NCBI GenBank assembly: GCA_943704425.1 | Contig: CALSCP010002431.1 | Span: forward strand, 129,347-193,346 | Length of the DNA stretch: 64,000 nucleotides | Source: Ministeria vibrans ATCC 50519 | Taxonomy: Eukaryota > Protista > Filasterea | Reading direction: 5' to 3' | Shown here: in pieces, positions 25,140 to 36,868 of the stretch | Position numbering within the stretch: the first letter of the stretch is position 1 | Layout: every line of letters begins with the position of its first letter | Notes under the pieces: generated by a model | Databases searched by the model: none | What the model was told of the DNA's origin: nothing | What the model saw: the letters and a program-made list of their open reading frames with translations, nothing else | Position numbers and translations under genes: made by a program

Positions 25140-28100
25140 TTACAATCGCATACTCACTTGACTAAAGCCAGACGCAAACCGCCCGCTACTCTTGGACTCA
25201 ATCACGTCAAAATCATCACACACTTCGTCATCCTCTTCCTCTTGATCTTGTTCGTCGTTGTCCCGACCCACGCGCTCCGATGTCTGCTCCTCCAGATCAT
25301 CGTTTGCATCTTCATCCCGCTCATGTCGATCCTCCTCCTCCTCCTCATCGGCTCCATCAGACGTCCCGCCACTCATCACCACTGTTGCCGACGGTTGGTA
25401 ATCCACTAGTGACTCGGTCTGACTGAGCGTCGCCACACTCGACGCGTGTAGCACCAGGTTCACATTGAGCGTGGTGTGCGACGACGATGCCAGTGTGATG
25501 GTGGTCGTTGCCGAGACAGTGTCCATGCGTGACGTGGACTGTTCGTGCATATTCTCCAAGTCAGTGGCAATCGACACGGGCGTGCCATGCCGCTGAAACA
25601 GCGCTGTCGTGGAACTGCTGCTCTTCCTGATGGGTGTCTTGGAGGCCGGAGTGCGCTGCGTGAGACCCAATCCCAACGCGGAGCCTGTACGTGTGCGACC
25701 AAAGGCACGCGTGCCCACCCGAGAGGGTGTGCGCGACAAGCCGTTGCGACGCACGCGCTTCTTCCACTCCTTGAGACCCTGGCCGCGCACAACGACAAGC
25801 AAGGTCAGAATGAGACCCTGCGCTGTGTTGCACACGGTAAACAGATACCAGAAGACGAGGGAGCCCGTGAGGCCCAGGTAGGCAAAGAGCCAGGTGAGCC
25901 CAAGACTCATGACCATCGAGAGGTACATGAGAAACTCACCCCAGCTACCCGCCTGGTCGGCGATGCCATCCTGGGCACGACGGCCCTTGGCACGACGAAG
26001 CTCAATGATACTCGACACAAAAAAGCCAAGGTTGACGAGCAGCAGCACAGCCATGGGCGCCAGGAAAGCCCCGTAAAGACCGTTGCGCTCGGCCAGCCAA
26101 CACGACGTCGACGATCCGCGGAAGCCCACCCCCTGGTGTGTTCCATAGTCAACACCAACGGCAATAGCCGTCAGCAGCACAGGGGACAGCCAGCTCACCA
26201 GCGCATACGTCTTGAGCGACGTGGGCGTGCCAAAGACGGTGATGAGCGAGAAGCGCAGGTTATGGCCAATGCAAGCGGACCAAAAGAAGGACCCAAAGAT
26301 AAAGTAGTAGAGCAGAATAGCGACAGCGCGGCAGCCGGCCGTGTTACTGGTGCGCTCGATGCCCACAAGGAAGACAAGGTTGAGTGCAAAGATGGCAATG
26401 CTCAGGTTGAGCAGCATAATCATAGGACGGGTGCGCAGTGCCACAAGTGCATAGAAGGACACCCAGAAGACCACAATAAACACCATACTCAGCACACAGC
26501 CAAGGTAAGTGAGAACCTCTTGTGCAACAGCGTGGGAGTCCGACAGCGTCGACGTGTCCAAGCCGCCCAGCACCGCAAACGACGTCAAGTGATTACACGC
26601 ACACGTTGTTGTGACGGCCGTCTGCGATACAAGCCGACAGCCAGTGGTGCTCCACTGCTCGCTTGACGTGTCCCAAAACACACACGACCGATTGGCACTA
26701 AGCACGCGGCTCGTATGCGGCACTACCATGACAAACTCATCGGGAACACTCGCGAGTGACTCGCCCAAGTCAAAGGTGAGCACTGCACTGTTGCGCAGTC
26801 CACTGTCGGCACCGTCCGCCTGCTGGAACGGATTCGCCTTGTAGGTGTAGTAGCGACTGGTGGTGCACGAGAGGGGCGAGAGGAGGGCAAATGCACTGTC
26901 AGGCGCGTCAAAGAGTGCGGCCGAGACTGTTGTAGTGAGTGTCGACGACGCATAGGCTCGCGGCAGCGACGTCGTGTCGGTCGCGCGCGCAAAGTCCATG
27001 TTGAGCGCCGACAAGGCAATGCCGCGCGTCGTGTCGCATGGCATGAACAACACAATCATGTCGCCAAAGGACTCAATCAGATCAACGATGCGGCTGCCAA
27101 AGCCAACGGCTTGCAGCGCAGCAATGCTCGAGGAGGACACAAGGCCATTAAGCGCGGCAAACACATTGGTAGACACGGTGGTGTTTTCGCTGGATTGCAC
27201 AAGAAGAAAGTCAAGGATGGACGTGAACGACTCAACCACAATGGTCGCGGCCGCTGTGCGGTTCTCGACCTCGAGCCAGTCGGCATTCGCAACGACCGTC
27301 ACCAGATTGACCGCGTTGCTCAGGGCTGTCGCGTCGTTTGTTGTGGGTGTTGTGCTCAAGGTAATGAGCGCACACGCAAAGGTATCGGCTTGAACACTGA
27401 GTGCACCCACGGTGATGCTAACCACGTCTACATAGGCAGTGGTACACAGTAGATTGTTGTTTTGCAGCGTGACATCGCGACCTACAAGTGCGAGAGCCGT
27501 GAACGCTGCAAGACTCAACAGTTGAGCATTGTTTTGCAGCTGCACATCGAGCGTGACGGACGTGAGCACGGCCGACGCTGGCGCATTGCCAATCTCAACG
27601 AGTGCGGCACAGTTGTCCACCACGAGGCTGCCCACCAGCTGGGTCACCGACGACAGCGGCAGTTGTACAAGTGTAGGACAGGCACGCACGCTAATGTTCC
27701 CCGCGTACACAGCAGAAAGGGTCGACAGAAAGGACAGGGTGAGCGGCGCGTCGGTGACGTGCGCCGACGTACCACACGCGTCAATGACAAGGTTGGCATG
27801 GGCCAGAGGCGCCGTAAAACCCGACACGAGGGTCAAATTGGCATTGGCCACGAGATCAAAGGAATCGTGGACGGTCGTGAGCGCTATAAAGCCCGTGACG
27901 GTGGTCAGTGCATCGTTGCCGCTGATGTTAAGACGCTTCAGCTCGTCTACGCCAGTAAGGTCACAGTCGATTGCGAGCAAGGCCGGATTGTCAACAATGT
28001 CAATGGTAAGCTGGGGTGAGCCCACGAGCGAGTCGCTGAGGGCACACGAGACGGCACGCCGACGCGAGGTGGTCACGTCAAGCGACGAGAGTGCCACATT

Positions 28101-30371
28101 GCCCGCAATGCGTACGGACGTCAGCGCACCCAGAGGCAGCGCGTGTACGCCATAGAGGTCCACGAGCACATCATTGTTGGTGACTTCAAGAGCACCGATA
28201 CCCGTGAAGCGTTCGAGACCCGAGGTGGACGCCAGCGAGTCGAGGTTGTCGATAGTGAGTGTGCCACCGTTGAGATTCTGAGGCACGCCAATGTCCACAA
28301 GCGATTCCACCGAAGGAAGGTTGCGCAGCGTCACCGAGAGCGCGCCGCCGTCAAGGCGACCCACCAGGCTAGAGAGCTGCGTCAGATTTGTAAGCGACGG
28401 ACAGTCGGCAATCTCAATGTTGCCACCGACGTAGCGCAGGCCGGCCAGACCCCTAAGACTCCGCATGGCTCCGTTACCCGAAATGCGAATGCTGCCCGAG
28501 ACATTCTGAATAGCGCTAAGACCCACCAGGTTGGCCAGTTGCGCATTGTCGGTGATGATGAGGTCGCCGTTGACTCGATCAATGGCGCTATTAAGGCCCG
28601 CCGTGCTGAGTAAGGTGGTAGTGCCGTCGATTTTAAAGTCACCGGGAAACGACTGGAGCATGGCAAGCGACGAGAGGTCCGATTCGGTGGTGGTGCTTGG
28701 CACAACAACAGAACCTGCAACAGTGGTGCAGAAGGAGACGTCACTCAAGGCGGACTGGGTGCAGTCCGAGGCGCACAGGGGACCCGAAGTAGTCGCGGTG
28801 CAGGTACAATTGTGGCCATTGACCAAATTGGTACAGGTGCCGCCATTTTGGCACGGTGACGAAGCGCACTCGTCCACATCAACGTCACACAAGACACCGG
28901 TAAAGCCCGGAGGACACACACAAAGGTAGCCATCTATCAGGTCGACGCAGTGTGTCGAAGGGGCGGTACATGGGCTCGACTCACACTCGTCTAAGTTTTG
29001 ATCGCAGTCGGTGCCATTGTAGCCGGCGGCACAGTCACACACGTCCGTGTAGCGACTGGCGACTGTGCCACAAGGACACTCGCAAGTGTACGAGTTGATA
29101 CCGTCGATACACTCGCCACCGTTGAAACACGGCGACGACATACACTCGTCCACGTTGGTCTCGCAAAAGGATCCGGTGAATCCTGGGGGGCAAGAACAGT
29201 ATGAATTCACTGTCTGCCCAGCGTTGAGTTGCTCGGGGGACGCCAAGACGGGACCTGTCCAAGTAAACTCACTGAAATACGAACCGGTCCCAGTCAACTG
29301 AAGCGATTTGGTAGGGGAGCCCTCACCCTCTTCGACAGGCATAGGCGTACTGTCGTACGTGACACCGTTGAGCACCACCGACACATTTCCTTCGTAGGAA
29401 ATGAAGCAAGGCACCAACAGCTGCTCGTTGTCCACAAGAATGTATCCGTCGCGAGGCCCATTGCCGTTGCTGCCATCATTAAACGAGCGTGCACCAAATA
29501 TTGACCCTGGATCCGCATCAATCAGCTCACCATCCGTGTTAAACACTTGTCCCAAGCTTCCAAAATACTGGAATCGAAAAAGAAAGAAATTATTATTATT
29601 ATTATTATCATTATTATTATTACCACTTTATTTTATTTATACCTTTCCGGTGACAGGATCACTGACAGGCAAGACGGGAGAATTGACGGCTATAATTTGG
29701 TAGTGAGAAAGGTCAAAGCCGACGGGACCGGCAATTTCAAATTTCTCATTGCTGTCAGACCCGGCATCGGAGTAGTGAATCTCGTTGAACCAGATGGGCA
29801 AAGTGCCGGCAGGAGCGGTGGTGGTACCACTGTTGTGGCACACAATGGTCTCACAGCGGGACCCACCATAGCCCACGAGACACAGACATGAGAATGTGTT
29901 TAGGCCGTCGACGCAGGTTCCACCGTGATAGCAGGGTGAGGACACACAGTCGTCGACGTCGAGCTGACAGAGCGACCCGCTGAGGCCGGTGGGACACGAA
30001 CAGAAAGGAAGCAACGTGAGACCGGGAGTGGGCATATCGCGTGAGTGTGCACTGGGTCCAAACCAGGTAAAGTCCAACTGTGTACGACCCGTCCCGTTAA
30101 TCTGCAAAGTGGATGTGTCCGGTTCGTTGTCGCCAGCAAACACTCCAATATCAGTGCTGTCGTAGACAACACCATTGAATACGGCGGACAGCTTACCCTC
30201 ATACGATATGATGAGGGGCTCAAGAAGCTGCTCGTTGTCCCACACAGCGAGTCCGTCTCGCGGCCCATTCTCAATCGAGCCCATTACAAAAGTCCGCCCG
30301 GCTACATCGGTTCCACCACCAATGTCAATGGTACCCGTCAAGGGCAGCACTTCGCCAAACGTCGTCAAGTA
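25140..30371 (-). CDS. Adhesion GPCR: lamin-tail-like domains, EGF repeats, L-domain/LRR-like solenoid, GAIN/GPS and 7TM; 5' end unresolved
   Basis: GPS CVFWD...WSTTGC...CACNHL|TSFAVL; 7TM motifs ([29 protein letters not shown]); Ca-EGFs ([23 protein letters not shown]). Intron at 29568-29642. Confidence 0.92.
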
Positions 30372-31013
30372 CTAACATACAATTCGGAGTAAGAAAAAAA
30401 AAAAAAAAAAAAGTTAACGAAAATGGCTTCTCGTTGCATTGGCGACATAGCAATCATTGGGGATAGAGCCAAAGTCGGATGCAGACATGCGTCCTGGACA
30501 GCGAAAGAGAGAAAATGGCGGTGGGAGTGGGAGAGAGACGACAGGTTGACGACGACGAGTCGTTTCGTGACGGAGGGCGCCAAGGGGGCGTTGCAGGGGC
30601 CTGCGGGTGTCCCGCCCCAGTGCACATGTGTGCAGGCATGCGGCGCACGGCAACGCAGCGTGTCTTTGCACGGCGTTCCACACTGCACGCTCTCTCACAA
30701 AAATGGCCCATTCACAGAAAAAAAAAAAAAAAAAAAAAAAGAAAAGGGAAATCAAAAACGGTTCGGCAGACGCAGAATAGAGCAGCTGCGCGCAGAAGAC
30801 AACCCGTCGATGCAAGGCAAGTCGCGGAGAGAGCGAAACGGGTGCGTGCCAGTACGGGAATGTCGGGCAAGAGAGCAGAAAAGGGACTCGTGAGGGTCTC
30901 CTTTCGGCATGAGCACACACCCCCACGCTCGTCTGCGAAAAGGGCAGGGCCGCAGAGTACTCCGCCCATTGCACACACAGCTCGAGGCTGGTTGCCGACG
31001 CGCGACGTTTGCT

Positions 31014-31054
<41 letters not shown>

Positions 31055-31369
31055 CTGCGGTGTGTACCGATGGCGTCTCCAATGGCCCGTACGGGAATCA
31101 GCAAGTCTCCTTGGATGCCGGCTGCACCGGCCGCGCGCTCCTTGTCGTGGCGGGGGGCTGGGATGGCTAGAGGGACGCAACGGGGGAGGCGGTGAGTCGC
31201 ATGCGGCATCGGAGGGGCGCGGGGGGGCTGCAGGAGGGCTGTGGGAGACGAGGGGGGGAGGCAGGGGAGATGCGGTACGTTTCGACATGGTCACTGATGA
31301 AAATGTTTATTCCTTCTAATCGATCATTCGATCTGATCAGTCTTTCTTTCTTTTTTCATTTCACACAGC

Positions 31370-34300
31370 ATGTCGCGCAGGAGGATAAAAGCTGTCCAGA
31401 AAGAGGACCCTTGTAAGAGTGGGGGGAGTCGGTGAATCCAGGAAGAGACTGATCTTCTTTTTTAAATTCGTTCACTCTCACATCCTCAGACGACGAATAC
31501 GGACGAAGCTACGACGAGGACGCTGCCATGTCTCCCAGCTCACGTAGGGTGTCTCTTTCTCTCCCTCTTTCCCTCCTTCCGTTGACGCAACAACATATCT
31601 GTTGCATAACGTCACACACACAACACAAAAGAGAGAGAGAGAGAAAAAAAAACGACGACTCCGTTTGACTCTGTTTCCTTCTCCAGACGCCTTCATGTGG
31701 AACGGCGGCGATCATTTTGATGACCATTCCATGGCCTCCTACCTCCCTGGCGGAGACGGAGGCGTGGCAGAGCCGGGAAATGGCGATGGAGACGACGAGG
31801 AGGCGGACGACGACTTTGGTCGTGACGCAGATCCGGCGGCAGACTACACGCGACCCAAACTCAGCGACGAAGACCTCGCGTGCCTTCTGAGCGCCGTAGA
31901 GAACATTGAATCATGCATTCCGGCGATGTATCCGTCGCGCGTCGTTGAAATGACTGTTCTTCGCTTCAACTTTGACAGTGAGGCGGCGCTCAACGCTCTC
32001 ATCGAACACGACGTTCGGCCGTACGCCCCGCCACAGCCGACCCCCGCGCCAGTCCAAGTAGTACCTACTACTCGTAAGGAACAGAATCGACCTAAAGAGC
32101 CACTCAAAATCACTACTGCACGTAAGCAAAAGAACAAAAGAGAGGGAGAGCGCCGAGAGCGAGAGAGAGAGCGGACGCCGTTTTTTTTCTTGGTGATATT
32201 CTTCTTGAGGGTACTGTCCTCTTATACCTTTTCTTGATGTGCCCTTCCCCCCTTCCCTCTTTCCCCCCATCACCCATTTGCTAAAGGTGGAGGGGTGAGT
32301 GGAGAAGGAGCAATCACGCCAGACTCGTCGTTTGGCTATGGTGTTGCATGTCTTCTCGATGATGATGATGATGGCGACAACGACGGCACGAGTGGCAACA
32401 TCACAATCGGCATCAACTCTACTGGTGCTATGCAAGCATTTCCTCCTGGGCTATCTCTAAGGCCTCAACCACAACCGCAACTACAAGAGCAGCAGCCGTT
32501 GGGTGTTGCGTCGCCCAGCGTCACTGCTGCGCCACCTCTTGTCGCACTCAGTGTTGCTGCTGCACCATCGTTGAGTTTTGTTCCGTCTCTGGTTGCTGCG
32601 CCTTCACTGACGAGTGCGCCTTCACTGACGAGTGCGCCTTCACTGACGAGTGCGCCTTCACTGACGAGTGCGCCTTCACTGACGAGTGCGCCTTCACTGA
32701 CGAGTGCGCCTTCACTAACGGCTGCGCCTTCGCTCACCGCTGCGCCTTCGCTCACCGCTGCGCCTTCACTCACCACCGCTGCGCCTTTGCTTACGGCTGC
32801 GCCTTTGCTTACGGCTGCGCCTTCGTTGACGGCGGCGCCTTCGCTTACGACTGCGCCTTCACTCACCACCGCTGCGCCATTTTTTACGGCTGCTCCATCA
32901 CTCACTGCTGCACCGTCTCTCATTTCCGCACCTCCACTCAATACTGAATCCTCTTTCACTACTGTCGCACCACTCGCGACCAACAACGCGGCCTTTTCAA
33001 ACGCACCCGTCATCTCACCGTCGCTTGACCTCACCCGTGCACCCTCACTCTTTGCCCAAACGAAGACTCAGCCGCTCTCCAATGCCACCTTACCAACGGC
33101 CGCCACTACTATTCCGTCCACCAACAGCACACCCAAGAGCACACCAAGAGCTCACCCTCAGCCCTCTTCGTCAAATCGTCTCGCGTCAGTATCCCTTGCT
33201 CATCCCTCTCGTCTTGCTCGTTCCCTCGCCAAACAACCTCTTCGAGTTTCACCGTCACTTGCTCACTCCATTTTTTCCCCCTCCTCTCCGCCTGCTCTCT
33301 CCCTCACATCGTCTCTAACCGACGCCCCCTTTGATTTTACCACCCCGTCTCCGGACGATCTCATCGCCTCCCGCCAACGCCACGTAGGATCCGTCGCAAC
33401 AGCAACTTCCTCCACCACCGTCAACGGCGCAGCAACACCTGCGACCGTCACTTCCGGCACTAAATCTGCTTCACCCATCACTCCGAGCGGCTCTTCCAAG
33501 AGTCTCAGTCGAAAGGCATCTGCTGCTGCTGCGGTGGCAGCCGCAGCAGCAGCCGCAGCCGCAACAACAACATCGCAGTCTACAGTCGCAGACGGTGTTG
33601 CCGATGACATGCGCGCCATGGGCTTTGGCACCGAAGCAAACTCATTCCTGTCGCGCGCCCGTTCCAGCGGCGCAAACACCCCTACCAACGGCACACCGCC
33701 CGGTACTCCAGGCACTCCGGGTACTCCCGGTGGGGGAAAAAAATCCAAAGCACTTCTCAACATCTCAGACGAGTTTACAAAACGTTGCAAAGAAGAGAAG
33801 CCCTCGCTCAATCTGGTCGTTGTTGGTACATCACACCTTTTGGATGCACGAACACACTCACACACACTTTCACTCATAGGACACGTTGACGCGGGCAAGA
33901 GTACTCTGATGGGTCATTTGTTGCACGCCCTGGGCGAAGTAGACCAGCGTGCCATGCGCAAGTTTGAACACGAGTCGTCCAAGCAAGGAAAGGGCTCCTT
34001 TGCTTATGCGTGGGTCTTGGACGAAACCAGCACTGAGCGAGAGAGGTATGCTTATACCGTACAATTGGAAAAAGTGATGAAAGGTGCATTGTTGTTCTCT
34101 TAGAGGAATCACTGTTGATGTTGGAATGAAGTTTTTCCAGACGGAACATCGCAAGATCACTCTGTTGGATGCACCCGGTCATCGTGACTTTATTCCAAAC
34201 ATGATTACAGGCGCAGCGCAGGTATGAAAGTGCGATTTTTCTCTTTCTGTTTCTTTCTGCTTGTCTCTGTCTTTCTTTCTCTCTCTCTCTGTCTATCTCT

Positions 34301-34704
34301 TTCTTCTGATTGTCTGTTTGTGTGTGTGTGTGCGTTGCTTAGGCGGATGTGGCCATTCTCGTTGTTGATTCGTCACTGGGCGAGTTTGAAGCGGGCTTCG
34401 AGAGCGGCGGACAGACTCGCGAGCATGCTTTGCTCGTGCGCACTTTGGGCGTCACTCAATTGATCGTTGCTGTCAATAAGTAAGACAAGTACAACTCACT
34501 CTGGTGTATTTATCAACTGTTGTTGTTGTAGACTTGATATGACTCAATGGTCCGAAGAGCGGTACAAAGAGATCTGTGGCAAACTGCGCCCGTTCCTCAA
34601 GCTTGCCGGGTTCCCCAAGGACTCGGTCACATACGTGCCTGTGAGTGGATTCCTCGGCGAGAATCTTGTAAAGCCACCGCAATGTGAAGGTACAATAATG
34701 TCGC

Positions 34705-34775
<71 letters not shown>

Positions 34776-35685
34776 TTTACTTACACACTGATGGATAGAA
34801 TTGGTGTCGTGGTACAGCGGCCCTACGCTTGTGCATCTCATTGACCAGTTTCAACTGCCGGAGCGTATTGTGGATCGACCACTGCGTGTAAGTGTGAGTG
34901 ATGTGATCACACAGGGCAACGGTGTGCTGGTGACGGGCAAGGTGGAGGCAGGGGGTGTGCAGGTGGGTGAGACGGTCAAGGTGATGCCTATGGGCGACGA
35001 AGGGGCTGTCAAAAGCATTGAGGTTCATCGCTTGCCCGTGCGCTTTGCTGTCGTTGGCGATGCCGTCACTCTCCACATCTCTCCCATGGATATAGTGCGT
35101 GTCAGGTAAACGAACCATGCACACTGTGCAATATAGCTTTTGTCTCCTTATTTTCTTTTGTGTACTGTTGTTTTTTTTTTTTTTTTTTTNNNNNNNNNNG
35201 ACTACTTTGCGACGGTCCATCCCAAGGGCCTTTCCCGCTCTGTCCTTGTCCATGCAGCATTGGCTCTGTTGTATGTGTTCCACACGCTCCTATCCAGCCG
35301 GCGCAGATCATTCGTGCGCGTATTGTTGTCTTTGACATTCGCGAACCCATCACTGTCGGATCACCGGTACACGAAGAAGAGGAGAGAGAGAGAGAGGGAA
35401 TTGAATCTCACCATTTTGTGTGATTAGGTTGTGTTCCACTTTCAATCGTACAACGAAGAAGCAACGATGAAGAAACTGGTGTCGCTGCTGGACAAAACTA
35501 ACGGGGAAGTGATCCAGAAGCGACCGCGGTGCCTGACCAAAGGGCAGACGGCGCTAGTGGACATCCAGCTGCCTCACGCCATCTGCGTTGAACCGTATCG
35601 CGTATCGCGTGAGCTTGGTCGGTTTATGTTGCGTGCGGGAGGTCGTACTATTGCGGGTGGCATTGTCGAGTCTATTCGTGATTGA
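31370..35685 (+). CDS. HBS1L: HBS1-like translational GTPase (Hbs1/Ski7)
   Basis: N-terminal [15 protein letters not shown] and HBS1_N helices; [54 protein letters not shown]. Confidence 0.93.
32595..32935 (+). repeat. Coding 18-nt tandem repeat encoding (A/S)APSLT, roughly 18 units
   Basis: gagtgcgccttcactgac repeated, degenerating at both ends. Confidence 0.9.
34708..34773. repeat. (GT)n microsatellite in an HBS1 intron
   Basis: Direct inspection. Confidence 0.9.
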
Positions 35686-35737
35686 TCCCCCACTTGATAA
35701 AATAAACAATACTTCTATTACGACGCCCTTTTTTTTA

Positions 35738-36736
35738 CTACTTCTTTTGCTCGCCGAGTTGCGATGCGGTGTCCTTTGTGACTGTGATTGTGTGTGCAAG
35801 AGCAAAGGGTACAGCTGCGCGTTCCATTTCCATCAAGCCTGCTATTGTACAGCCTCCTGGTGTAGTCACCTGATCATGAGAGAGAGAAAAGGGAATCAGA
35901 TTGGTAAGGGAGGCGTTGAAACTTTCGGGTTACTTTATCTTTGAGGGCTGCTGGATGGTCGCCTGTCTCGTCGAGGAGACGCGCTGCCCCCTGCATCACT
36001 TGTGAGGCAATTTTGGTTGCAAGGGCGCGCCCTAGACCGCACTTGACAGCACCATCAGCCAGCGATTGGAGCATGAGAAGGCAGAAGGCGGGTCCGCTGC
36101 CTGCCAGTGCCGTCACCGTGTCCATTTGCGACTCGTCGACTGTGGCGACCGACCCGATGCATGAAAACATACGTTCAACCAGCGAGAGGGTCTCTTTGGA
36201 GGCCGAAAGGGGTGCGCTAATGCACGACATGCCGCATTGAATCTGTGCGGGGGTGTTGGTCATGACACGGATGGGAGTGCACGACTGGGGCACAAGGCCT
36301 TGCAAGGCAGGCAGCGTCACGCCCGCAGCAATGCTAATGAGAAGCTTGTCTTCAAGGGCCGCCTGGACTGCCACTTCCGATAGCACAGAAGCGACCTTCC
36401 AAGGTTTCGTTCTGTTTGCGTGTCAGTCAGTGTACAATGTGAAACTGATACTCACTTGTTGACTCACGTACGCTAAGATAACCACCGAGCATTGGCCAAC
36501 AGCGTCCGCTGTGGAGTTAGGAAGCACAGCACGGATACCCAGGCTGCCCTGAAGTCTGTCTATGCTGGCCTCTGACGCGACAACTGCAATGAAATCGTCG
36601 GCAGTCAACATTTTCTCCTACACACACAGTGAGAGTGATTGTAATGATTCGGGAAATGTACAAAGAATCTCACTTTGAGTAAGCCACTGGCAATGGCATT
36701 GCCCATGGTACCGCAACCAAGGAGACAAACTTTCAT
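35738..36736 (-). CDS. PYCR: Pyrroline-5-carboxylate reductase
   Basis: LLGCGTMGNAI Rossmann motif, ISIAAGV, RVMTNTP, TALAGSGPAF, HPAALKDKV|TTPGGCTIAG. Confidence 0.95.
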
Positions 36737-36868
36737 GAGTAAAGGTGGATAAAAAGCGACCGAAGAGAGTGAAGAGACTGTGGACAGACTAAGAAAGATT
36801 GATCATTGATATAATTACCAATCAGTGCAATCACCAAATTAAAATTCAATTATACATATTTGTTTACA

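Noticed and set aside
25460-29700. Many overlapping antisense or alternate-frame ORFs over long GC-rich genes
   Set aside because: Shadow ORFs caused by codon bias, with no recognisable motifs.
32595-32935. Regular repeats as a CRISPR-like array
   Set aside because: No unique spacers; this is a coding tandem repeat in a eukaryotic gene.
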